From a virus (taxonomy: Duplodnaviria > Caudoviricetes), in IMG/VR virus record IMGVR_UViG_3300021255_002539, positions 96,001 to 160,000 of that record: DNA of 64,000 nt. One strand, 5' to 3'. Position 1 is the stretch's first letter. Every line of letters begins with the position of its first letter. The notes below the pieces were generated by a model, which was not told where the DNA came from, did no database searches, and saw only the letters and a program-made list of their open reading frames with translations. Shown here one piece after another: positions 53,283-62,527 of the stretch. A program made the translations under genes and the position numbers.

Positions 53283-53314
53283 TATTTACCATTTGTTGCC
53301 ATTCTTTGTAAATA
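53283..53314. promoter_or_regulatory. Divergent pair of GTAAATA late-promoter-like motifs
   Basis: TATTTAC at 53283-53289 and GTAAATA at 53308-53314, with the same 18-bp gap as 4260-4291. Confidence 0.55.
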
Positions 53315-53350
53315 GATATATACAACAACCAAAGATGGGAATTGACGACG

Positions 53351-54298
53351 ATGATTACAGGATTCATGGGAATAGCCTACTCCACTGACAAGATAGGCAA
53401 GGACGGCAGGTTCTTGGACAAGACGCTTGAGTCTGACTTCATGCAGGCGAGGTACGACATGCTCCGCGCCCCGAACAGATGCTGCTTCAACGAAAGCGCA
53501 TGGAGGAAGAACACAGTCCAGGCCAGGCAGGAATTCCTCAAGATGATGGAGGACACCAACGAGCGCAACAGGATTGACTTTGGCGAGGATGACAGCGACC
53601 AAGATGCAGGGGATTCCGAATCCAAGATCTACAACTACAAGGGTGGTGGACAAGTTGATGCCAGCCCAGAAAAGGTTGAGACCGTGATTGTGGAGTCTGA
53701 TGTGGAGGAAATTGCAGATGGCGCGTTCAAGGACTTCAAGAACCTTAAGTCGGTCGTGTTCAACGAGGGATTGAGGAAGATTGGCAAAAACGCCTTCGAG
53801 AACTGCTCTGGATTGGCGAACATCAGGCTAAATGGCGTTGAGTACATCGGAGACGAGGCGTTCCTCAACTGCACAGGGCTTGTGGCTGTTGAACTTGGCT
53901 CCAACATCCAACACATTGGCATGGGGGCGTTCAAGAACTGCACATCGCTCGGTGCTGCATCCATCCCCCCAAACACCACATTCATTGGGGACTATGTGTT
54001 CGCCAACTGCCCCAAACTGAAGACAGTACAGATGGTGGATGGCGTGGTGGAGATTCCCGCCTACATGTGTCAGAACGATGTGGAGTTGGAGCAGATAATC
54101 CTCCCATCGTCAATAGAAAAAGTCGAGAAGGGCGCATTCGACAACTGCCTCAATGTGGAGGTCTATGTGCCAACTATGGACATGGACGAGGCACAGGATC
54201 TTTTGGGAAGCAAGTTCGTGGCGAAGGACGCTGACGACGACTGCGTGTTCAAGACAGAAGATGGATATGTCGTGAGACTGTACAAAGATCTTTACTGA
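53351..54298 (+). CDS. BspA-type leucine-rich repeat (LRR_5) protein
   Basis: Repeats of the form IGxxAFxxCxxLxxV/IxL; exact start uncertain. Confidence 0.85.
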   Translation: MITGFMGIAYSTDKIGKDGRFLDKTLESDFMQARYDMLRAPNRCCFNESAWRKNTVQARQEFLKMMEDTNERNRIDFGEDDSDQDAGDSESKIYNYKGGGQVDASPEKVETVIVESDVEEIADGAFKDFKNLKSVVFNEGLRKIGKNAFENCSGLANIRLNGVEYIGDEAFLNCTGLVAVELGSNIQHIGMGAFKNCTSLGAASIPPNTTFIGDYVFANCPKLKTVQMVDGVVEIPAYMCQNDVELEQIILPSSIEKVEKGAFDNCLNVEVYVPTMDMDEAQDLLGSKFVAKDADDDCVFKTEDGYVVRLYKDLY

Positions 54299-54311
54299 GG
54301 AGACAACGAAA

Positions 54312-54776
54312 ATGAAATGGTATAAACTGTACAATGAAGGACAAGAAAGGGGAAACCCCATAACCTGCAGCGATATATTTACCTATGACTCTGAATTGTA
54401 TATGCATATAACAGGGAGAGGCGATGAAGGAAAATACTGTTCTGGCACGATTCAGTTCTTATGGAAACCAAAGGGTAAATGGACGAACAATGACTTCTTA
54501 TGGCAATTCAGGGAACCTGAAGACTCCAAACCCCTGAGTGGATACTACGAAAACCACTATCAAATGATTTCCCAGGGAACGACACGCCGCGAAGCACTGA
54601 ATGTGTGCAACAAAGTAAAGAAAATGATTAATAAAGACCCATACATGAACTGGGACCAACTTCTCAAAAAAGTGGAGGCGATTGTGGATGAGTTCAGAAA
54701 GCAAAAGGAGGATGATGGATTTGAAACATCTGGACATCCTTGGTGGTATGGAAAGTCAGACCATGGCAGAGACTAA
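54312..54776 (+). CDS. Hypothetical protein (MKWYK leader)
   Basis: GAGGAG RBS; leader shared with the next gene. Confidence 0.7.
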   Translation: MKWYKLYNEGQERGNPITCSDIFTYDSELYMHITGRGDEGKYCSGTIQFLWKPKGKWTNNDFLWQFREPEDSKPLSGYYENHYQMISQGTTRREALNVCNKVKKMINKDPYMNWDQLLKKVEAIVDEFRKQKEDDGFETSGHPWWYGKSDHGRD

Positions 54777-54792
54777 TTTGGAGACAACGAAA

Positions 54793-55092
54793 ATGAAATG
54801 GTACAAGATAAACGAATCCAAGAGACTGTTCAAGGAAAGAACCGCATATGATTTCATGGAAATTCCCTTGGGGAGATACCCAATTGAAGTTGTCGATGTG
54901 GTATGCGACAATCCAGACGAGGCGTATGTCGTCTACAAGTGGATTGGTCCCGACAACTATGGTTACAGGGAAAAGATAGACGCTGCAACAGAAGCGCTGC
55001 GTCATGACATCAGCGAGGAATGGCACATTGACGACAATGGTGGATACGCCAATTGCGGACCAGGCGAGAAATGTATGATAGTGTGGAGATAA
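54793..55092 (+). CDS. Hypothetical protein (MKWYK leader)
   Basis: GGAGACAACGAAAATGAAATGGTA repeated from 54299. Confidence 0.7.
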   Translation: MKWYKINESKRLFKERTAYDFMEIPLGRYPIEVVDVVCDNPDEAYVVYKWIGPDNYGYREKIDAATEALRHDISEEWHIDDNGGYANCGPGEKCMIVWR

Positions 55093-55096
55093 GCAA

Positions 55097-56128
55097 ATGA
55101 AATTCTCGATTACATTCAAATACAGCAATGTCACCTTCAAGAACAAGGAGACGAAGGAGACCATTTCCTACGACACCAAGGCAGAGGGCAACACTTTCAC
55201 CTTCGACAATGTGGACGAGGATGTTGTTCTTGGCATCGTGAAGGGCATCAAGGACAAGAAAGCCGCGCAGGTCTTTTCCTACGACGACTTCCGCACGAAC
55301 TTCATCAACGTGATGGCGAGGAACAAGTGCAAGGAACTCTACGACAAGCTCGACAAGGGAGGTTGGAAGGTCGAGGACATAGCAATTTCCAACATAACGA
55401 TAAAGGACTTGGAATTCACCAAGCCCACGATGAACGCAAGGGAGGCAATAACAGTGGAAAGCAGAAAGATGGTGGTGCGCGAAAGTGAGAGTAGTCTATT
55501 GGACAAGGAATACCACGAAGTGTATCTAAATGGAGTGGAAATCCAGGTAAAGATGAGGGAAATCGGGGAGTTCATGAGGAACGAAGGTTTCGCCGACCAC
55601 TTGGATATGATGAACAGGCTCAATGGCGTCAAGAAGGAGATGCAAGAAATCATGGACGACCTGGAATGCGCAGTAGACGACATCGGGCAAGACGAATATG
55701 TAAACAGCGACGAATTCCACGACAAGATTGACCGAGACGCACAGGCATCCCTCGACAGAGGAACCTATTCTGAAAACAGGACGATTGTGAAAGAGGGTTC
55801 TGAAAACATCGAACCTGTCATCTTCAAGCGGGACAGACACGATGGAGAGGTCGTGGCGTTCTTCCCAGAGACGATGTTCGATGGCTCTGTGAACAAGGGA
55901 AACATCATGTGCTACGCCCACAACGGTCAGAGTTCCGAGGCAAGCATAGAGTACTTCCAAGATTGCAGACCCTGCAAAGACGAATCTGAATACGCAGACT
56001 TGCTTGCCGAACTCGAGGACTACTTCATGCAGGACCCAGATGCTGGCGACATACAGTTAAAGGTCGTGAAGAAGCCCAACTATGGAAGGGGTCCAAGCAG
56101 AAGGAAGATGTGGCCTTCCAGGTTTTGA
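55097..56128 (+). CDS. Modular hypothetical protein
   Basis: Domains separated by VES..RES and SEN..KEG linkers. Confidence 0.7.
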   Translation: MKFSITFKYSNVTFKNKETKETISYDTKAEGNTFTFDNVDEDVVLGIVKGIKDKKAAQVFSYDDFRTNFINVMARNKCKELYDKLDKGGWKVEDIAISNITIKDLEFTKPTMNAREAITVESRKMVVRESESSLLDKEYHEVYLNGVEIQVKMREIGEFMRNEGFADHLDMMNRLNGVKKEMQEIMDDLECAVDDIGQDEYVNSDEFHDKIDRDAQASLDRGTYSENRTIVKEGSENIEPVIFKRDRHDGEVVAFFPETMFDGSVNKGNIMCYAHNGQSSEASIEYFQDCRPCKDESEYADLLAELEDYFMQDPDAGDIQLKVVKKPNYGRGPSRRKMWPSRF

Positions 56129-56148
56129 TAACCAAATGCATACACAAC

Positions 56149-58434
56149 ATGGCGACGAACACTGACAAACTTGCACCAAGGATAATCGTGAACGAACACG
56201 ACATCCCATCCCCTGAATCCAGAATCAGGAGGAAGCCCGTAACATTGATGTTCGGCTTCTCCCCCATTGGACGCACATGCGAGATGGTCGTGTGCAACAC
56301 CATCCAGGAGATAACGCAGGAGTTCGGTCAGCCAGAGTCAGCACCAGAGAAGTACTTCATAGACTCTGCCCAGAGGTTGGTTCAAGAAAACGCCACTGTG
56401 TTGATGACCCGTCTGCCATACGACAACGACCAGTCCCACACCGTGAAGTATGTGGACTACAAGGTTGAGGATCCAATATCCACCAGGGACATCGTTACTG
56501 TCCCACAGGAGACCTTGATGCGCAAGAAGGACGACAAGGCGGTGACTGTCCTCAAGGAAATGCACAATCTGGACAGCAAGATGACGCAGGTTCAGAGGAT
56601 ATCCCAAGTCTCCAACAACCTCGGCGAACACATCCACAAGATGACGAACGAGGAACTGGTGGAGCTTGAGATAGACCCACAGGCGAACCTCGATGCCAAC
56701 ACCTTCAGAATCGTGGACATCAGGGGAGAGAGGTATGGGGTTGGTGCTGCCAAGGCTGCCTACACTGGCATATTCCCTGTTGTCGTGACATCCCCAATGG
56801 CTCTGTACTACCAGGGGAGCATATAGAACACCACAGATCTGGATTCAGCGATGTCGATGATGGATCTCTCAGAGGGGATTGAGATGTCCACAGAGTGGTT
56901 CAGGACAGCCGACCCAATAGACGCCGACACCAAGGACACCCAGGCTGAGATAGTGGCAAGCATAGAGCAGCAAATCAACTTCGATACCACCACCAACAGG
57001 TTCCACAGAAGCGACTCCTTCCAGGACACTTGCGTGAAGGGGTTTCCGAGGGTTGGATTGACTGCCCCAAACACTCTGGACAGAACCCACTTGAACGAAA
57101 TTGGGGTATTGGTGTGTGGCATCAGATGGAACGACGACGAGCAGCGCACCAACTTGGTCGTGCTGGAGTCCTTCTTTGGTAGACTGGGGGCTGGCAGGAA
57201 TTCCGTGGACAAGAAGATCAACTCGCAGTCCCAGTACATCAGAATGTACAAGAATGTGTCAATCCCCAACCAAACAGACTTCTTCGTGGTGAACGACCAG
57301 AAGCTCACCTCGCTTGGAATGGCGTCCGAGGAATGCCAGAAGTTCGTGAACTACAAGACCTCGATAGTCGATCCAATCACCTATGTCCTGGAAAGCATCT
57401 ACTCTGATGTGGATTCGCTTGAACTCGATGTGATATTGGACGCGGGTCTGTCCTCCACGGCGTTCATGGCATATGTGGCGAAGAACCAATATGGCGAGTC
57501 CTACGAGCAGAACGAAAAGGTCAGGACAAGGATAGACTGGGGTTCGGGCGAATACCCAATCGACGAGTATGTGGAGAAGTACGCCCTGGTCTGGAACAAC
57601 ATGACCAAGCTGTTTGGGGACTTCGTGAAGAATGTGCGTGGGGACTGCGTCTACATTGCCGATGGACCCAGAATCCTGAATCTGGAGCGCAACTACCCCA
57701 TCTCCAACTACACGGAAATCGACAACTCAGAGCTGTTCAACAAATACCTGCCCCTGTTCAATGGCTACACCAACAACTATGTGGCGAGGTACTGGAACTG
57801 GGTGTTCATAGAGGACATGCAGTGGATCAACAGGGGATTCTGGGTGCCTGGCTCTGTCGTGATGGGAAGTCAGCTGGCCGTGAACGACCACGATGGGCAG
57901 GTTTGGTACGCACCAGCAGGTCAGACCAGAGGATTGGTAGATGGCGCGTTCGATGTGAGTGTGAAGACAAAGGCCTACAACCAGGAGAACGACTTGCTCT
58001 ACTCCAACCAATGGAACTTCTTCAACATCTACCAAAACGAGGGCGTGGTGGTTGAGGGGCAGAAGACCCTCCAGACGCGGAAGACATCACTTGACAGGCT
58101 AAATGTGCGTAGAATGGTGTGCTGGATCAAGCAACAAGCCAGAATAATCGCAAACAGGTACAAGTACGAGCCACACACCAAGACAACGAGAGATGGGTTC
58201 AGAGCAGAGATAGTGGCGATGCTGCAATAGATACAACGCACCAGTGGCATATCTGACTTTAGGGTTCTGTGCGACGAGACCAACAACACAATCGAGAGCA
58301 TCGACCGTCACGAACTGTGGTGCAAGATAGCCATCAAGCCCATAAAAGCGGTTGAATATATATTGATAGACCTTGACATAATCAATGGCAAGGTCGGAAT
58401 GCAAGAAGGAAATGCTGTGATTGTCTAGCAGTGA
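56149..58434 (+). CDS. Tail sheath protein, T4 gp18-like (3 in-frame TAG)
   Basis: APRIIVNEHD, FGFSPIG, WYAPAGQTRG, GQKTLQ..LDRLNVRR; the conserved DFRVLCDETNN..IKPIKAVEYI lies after the TAG at 58228. Confidence 0.92.
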
Positions 58435-58435
58435 C

Positions 58436-58942
58436 TTAGCCAAGTTCCTCGGCCACCTCGCACCTCATCAGCTCTGCGTCGAACACATAGTCCCTGTCCT
58501 CGGTTTCGTCAGCATCCTCGTCGGCATCCTCAATGTCGTCCATCGAGATTGGTTCGCTTCCATAGGCGCAGTTCATCATGTGGTTGTAGGCATTGCCGTC
58601 CGATGGAATGTAGCCATGAAGTCTGTCGTCCTCCCCAATATACACCACGAACACCAGAGGCTTCTCCCAATCCCCTCCTGCAGCACACCATGCCACAGGA
58701 AAGGCCTTCTCCCCCTCTCCAATCATCTCGAACTTGTCGAGATACTCGGTGCCGGGCATGTCGTACTCGCCTATGTAGTCCATGTTCTCGAAATCGACAT
58801 TGACCTTGGATGTCAGTTCTGACAGAATTCCAGGGCAAGTCTCCCCTCCATATACAACAGATTCTATGCCACCCACGTCCTCTATCCTGGACTCAAGGTT
58901 GTCAATCGTCAATCCACACTTTTTCGACTTGATCATATCCAT
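58436..58942 (-). CDS. Hypothetical protein
   Basis: Conserved-looking GGDWEKP..YIP..GNAYN segment. Confidence 0.7.
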   Translation of the reverse strand: MDMIKSKKCGLTIDNLESRIEDVGGIESVVYGGETCPGILSELTSKVNVDFENMDYIGEYDMPGTEYLDKFEMIGEGEKAFPVAWCAAGGDWEKPLVFVVYIGEDDRLHGYIPSDGNAYNHMMNCAYGSEPISMDDIEDADEDADETEDRDYVFDAELMRCEVAEELG

Positions 58943-58955
58943 GTTGTTCCTTTCC

Positions 58956-59681
58956 TTACTTGAAGAACGACGCCAGGGCAGAATTGCTCCGAACCACAAC
59001 GACATCTTCCATTGATGAGTCAGCATTGTCCTTCATGATGTTGCAGAACTCGTCGTACAGAATAGGCACTTCATATCTCATCTTGTCGGCATGGACAATC
59101 GTGGAGTACTTCTTCCCAGACAGACACCCAAAGGCATCCCCAAGGAACGGAAGACCCCTGCCACTCAAGGATCGGACCAACCTTACCATGCCAGACATCT
59201 TGTTCACCTTGCCCAGTTGACAATCAATCCACTTGAACAAGTCCATCCCAAAGTCCTGCTCTGGATTGAACTTGTATTGTGGAATGTCCTGGTCGAATAT
59301 GCATTCACCATCGTCTGGCGACACATCCACTATCACGAAGTTCAGAGCCTGAAGCAGCTTCTTCATGTAGAGCCGCTTTGTGTGTGCCATGGGGGACAAC
59401 ATCCAATCCTTGAACTTCTCTGACACCACTATGTTGTTGTACCTGGTGGCGGTGGTGGACAACTCGAATATGAAGTCGTTGAACCAAATCTCCCTCTCCA
59501 CATTCGCGTCAATGTCACCAATGATGTTGAAGTGGCAGTGGTTTTGAACATCTCCGCCACCACCATCCTCCTTGAATGTGGAGTTGATGTTGTCGGCAAC
59601 AGAAATGGCAATTGGGGAGCCACCAACCAACAGGATGTTGAACACCCCTATCTCGTCTATCGTCGTTTTCCTCTTTTTCAT
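58956..59681 (-). CDS. Hypothetical protein
   Basis: 241-aa ORF with an RBS. Confidence 0.7.
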   Translation of the reverse strand: MKKRKTTIDEIGVFNILLVGGSPIAISVADNINSTFKEDGGGGDVQNHCHFNIIGDIDANVEREIWFNDFIFELSTTATRYNNIVVSEKFKDWMLSPMAHTKRLYMKKLLQALNFVIVDVSPDDGECIFDQDIPQYKFNPEQDFGMDLFKWIDCQLGKVNKMSGMVRLVRSLSGRGLPFLGDAFGCLSGKKYSTIVHADKMRYEVPILYDEFCNIMKDNADSSMEDVVVVRSNSALASFFK

Positions 59682-59701
59682 GTCTCAAATCCCCTCTATC
59701 T

Positions 59702-60172
59702 TCAAAACTCGTGTATCTTCGTCCATTCGTTGTATGGCATGAAACCCGAAAAGAACTCGCATATCTTCTTGTATTCCCTGCAACGACCACTTTCTGACAT
59801 CTGACCCAGTTGAACTGAACTCACTATGATCATCTTCTCTGGGATGGAATTGTACTCAGACGCCTTTTCGTCGTAGTCCAAGTCGTATTCAAGTGTCGTT
59901 TGAACCCGTTTCTGCCACTCGTCGTTCTCGTCTATGGGAACGCACTTGGAGAAGTAGTTCAATATGACATTCACCATGAAGTCTGATGTACAGAGGAATG
60001 TCATGTACCAATTGCCCTTTCCATGACCACAACAACTCATGGCGGTTCTGACGCCAGGTAGGTTGTTGAACACATCCAACATGGGCAAAAGCTCCTCGTC
60101 CACGTCGTCTGGATATGTGAACTTCCTGTGGTTTGCGTGTTTGTACCACTTCTTTAATACATAGTTTTTCAT
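59702..60172 (-). CDS. Hypothetical protein
   Basis: VD..L...N.LPG..T..SCCGHG motif. Confidence 0.65.
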   Translation of the reverse strand: MKNYVLKKWYKHANHRKFTYPDDVDEELLPMLDVFNNLPGVRTAMSCCGHGKGNWYMTFLCTSDFMVNVILNYFSKCVPIDENDEWQKRVQTTLEYDLDYDEKASEYNSIPEKMIIVSSVQLGQMSESGRCREYKKICEFFSGFMPYNEWTKIHEF

Positions 60173-60175
60173 CTT

Positions 60176-60766
60176 TTAAATCACCTCGTCTTGGAATTTG
60201 TATGCTGTTGGCGAAAGTATCTGCTTGAGGTAGCTCACCAATGTGACCTCGCTCACTGGCTGATAGTCCCACAGGTCTGTGCAGACATTTATGTTCAACA
60301 CCTTGTTCACCTTGTCCACATAGTACTTCTCGCCATTCCAAAGCGAGTGGCAGTGTCCGCAGATGTTGATGTCTCCTGGCTTCAAGTGCAATCTACTCCT
60401 GGGGTCGGTTGACGGATAGTGGCACAGAACCACATTGAATATCTTGCCTATCGTCATCCTCATGGATGTAGCCATGCTCTTCACGCCATTCGTGGGATCG
60501 TGGTTACCCTCGATGTTGACTACATTGGCTTGGAATCGCTTTTTCGTTTCCCTCCAAGGCAGCAACATCCCAGGGCTTCCATTGTCGTCCTTGAGGCAGT
60601 ACAAGTCCCCTATGTGGTAGATGATGTCGTCCTTGTCTTTCGCAATCTCGTTGCAGTTTGCTATCAACTTGTCCGTCATCTCTATGTTGTCCAAAAAGGG
60701 TCTCTTGCACAGCTCAAGGATCTTTGTGGAGCCAAGATGCAAATCTGATGTGAAGTACCTCCGCAT
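60176..60766 (-). CDS. Calcineurin-like metallophosphoesterase
   Basis: FTSDLHLG, HIGD, GNHD, CHYP, CGHCH, INV. Confidence 0.88.
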   Translation of the reverse strand: MRRYFTSDLHLGSTKILELCKRPFLDNIEMTDKLIANCNEIAKDKDDIIYHIGDLYCLKDDNGSPGMLLPWRETKKRFQANVVNIEGNHDPTNGVKSMATSMRMTIGKIFNVVLCHYPSTDPRSRLHLKPGDINICGHCHSLWNGEKYYVDKVNKVLNINVCTDLWDYQPVSEVTLVSYLKQILSPTAYKFQDEVI

Positions 60767-60792
60767 GTGGATTCGCCATCTTGGTATTCCTG

Positions 60793-61881
60793 TTAGAGAG
60801 ACATCCCCGAGAGAATGTCGTCAATCTTCGCGTTGATGTCCTCAGTGGCAACTGGGGCAGGTTCAGCCTTCTTCGCAGCCTTTGGAGCAGGTGGGGGTGG
60901 AGGAGGAAGGTCGTCAACATCCTCAGTCACATCCTTTGCGACTGGGTCAGGAGCAGGTGCTGCCTTTGGTGCAGCAACAGGCTTCGCCGCTACTGGCGCA
61001 GGGATGTCCATCGGAATGTCGTCGTTGGATACCTGGGACGAGAAGTTCTCCACATAGAACGCCTCAAGCTCCTCCTTGGTCGGGACCGTGTACCAGTTGG
61101 CGTCGAACTGCGCGTCGTCAACAAGATCGTCCGTCAAGGCATCAATGTGCTTCGGCGCAGTGGTGAAGCCAATGCGGGTGAATCCGTTCTTCTTGAAGCG
61201 GTACTCGTTTGGCTTGCCCTCGTTCTTGACCTTCTCGACCTTGCCCCAAGTGAAGAACAAGTCGCAAGCGTCGTTGTTCCAGATTGGCGTGTTGCTTCCC
61301 TGAGACGCCTGGATCTGCGCAAGCAGTGCCTGATAGCAATCCTCGTCCAGAGTCAGAACCTTGACGGCTCCGTTGTTCGCCTCGTAGTTGGGGTCGTTCA
61401 CGACATAGACCAATGCACGTGCCATGAAGGTGTTGTGCAGGGCCTTCATCTTCGCCTTCGCCTCCTGGTTCTTGAAGTGGGAGTCCGTGTATGCCTTCCA
61501 CGCAGCACCATAGGCGTTGCACATTGGGCAGTGCGCCTTGGAGAGGGTGGAGTTGGCCTTCACATAGTCCGTCTGAGGGCAGACAATCATATGCGAACGG
61601 CGCTTCGTCTTCTCTGGGTCGTCCGTTGGAACATCCTCCCACACCTGGTGGACATGCTGGATGATGAACGGGAAGTCCCTGTAGTGGGCGAAGTTGGAGG
61701 AAGCAACGAACTTCTCGTTGGGCTGCGTATTCAAAAGGCGCAGGCGATAGAACTTGCCATCCTCGGTTGGCTTCAAGAACAACTGCGTGGTGTTCTTGGA
61801 GAACTCACGGGCTTTCCTCTGAGTGAGTAGACCCGTCATGATTGAACTCGTCGGCATTCCGACATTTGTATTTAGCATCAT
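60793..61881 (-). CDS. Single-stranded DNA-binding protein, T4 gp32-like
   Basis: RLRLL, CPQT..CPMC, VYVVNDP...NNGAVK, acidic C-terminus ending IDDILSGMSL. Confidence 0.85.
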   Translation of the reverse strand: MMLNTNVGMPTSSIMTGLLTQRKAREFSKNTTQLFLKPTEDGKFYRLRLLNTQPNEKFVASSNFAHYRDFPFIIQHVHQVWEDVPTDDPEKTKRRSHMIVCPQTDYVKANSTLSKAHCPMCNAYGAAWKAYTDSHFKNQEAKAKMKALHNTFMARALVYVVNDPNYEANNGAVKVLTLDEDCYQALLAQIQASQGSNTPIWNNDACDLFFTWGKVEKVKNEGKPNEYRFKKNGFTRIGFTTAPKHIDALTDDLVDDAQFDANWYTVPTKEELEAFYVENFSSQVSNDDIPMDIPAPVAAKPVAAPKAAPAPDPVAKDVTEDVDDLPPPPPPAPKAAKKAEPAPVATEDINAKIDDILSGMSL

Positions 61882-62004
61882 TTTTTGTACCTCTTTTCTG
61901 TTTTGTTGTTTTCTGTTTTTCTTTCATCGGTTCAGTGCAAACAACCTTGCTCACATTGAACAATATTATTTACACTTTCACGATAAATAATTATACGAAT
62001 TTGC

Positions 62005-62436
62005 TCAGGAATTGTTAAGCTTTATTACCTCAATTGCGTTTTTTATGTTGTAGGAAAACTCAGACAACGATGTTATGGCCTGTGCTATCACTTCAAGCGA
62101 CAGTTCTATGTTCTTCCTCGTGGCGTCTATCTTCTTTAGGGTCTCGTCCTCCTGCGTCGCGGTCTTGAGCTTGTCAAATGCATTGTTGCCCTTGTTCTTG
62201 GAAAGCAGGTTCTTCTGATACTCGGCACGCAAGGAAACCAGCTTCTGCAATGCCTCCTTTTCCTTCGCCATGTACCCAACCCACTTGGCCTTCATGGATG
62301 ATGTAGTCAGAGACTTCTCGCGGAGGTTGGACAACGACAACTCCAAGTCCTCCTTCAACTCGTTGGAGTATTGGATTGCGGGGGATACCTTCTTGTTGTT
62401 CCTGGGTTCTATGTCTATATTGGGCAAATCTTCCAT
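62005..62436 (-). CDS. uvsY: UvsY-like recombination mediator
   Basis: EDLELS..L.EKS....KAKW helical pattern, FSYNIKNAIE C-terminus, adjacent to gp32. Confidence 0.7.
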   Translation of the reverse strand: MEDLPNIDIEPRNNKKVSPAIQYSNELKEDLELSLSNLREKSLTTSSMKAKWVGYMAKEKEALQKLVSLRAEYQKNLLSKNKGNNAFDKLKTATQEDETLKKIDATRKNIELSLEVIAQAITSLSEFSYNIKNAIEVIKLNNS

Positions 62437-62527
62437 GTTCAAATTCCTTGCTATATTATACATGTTTTGTTTTGGCCCGTAAAGATGTAAATATTATCCG
62501 ACATTTCTTGTATAATTCAAGTTGAAT

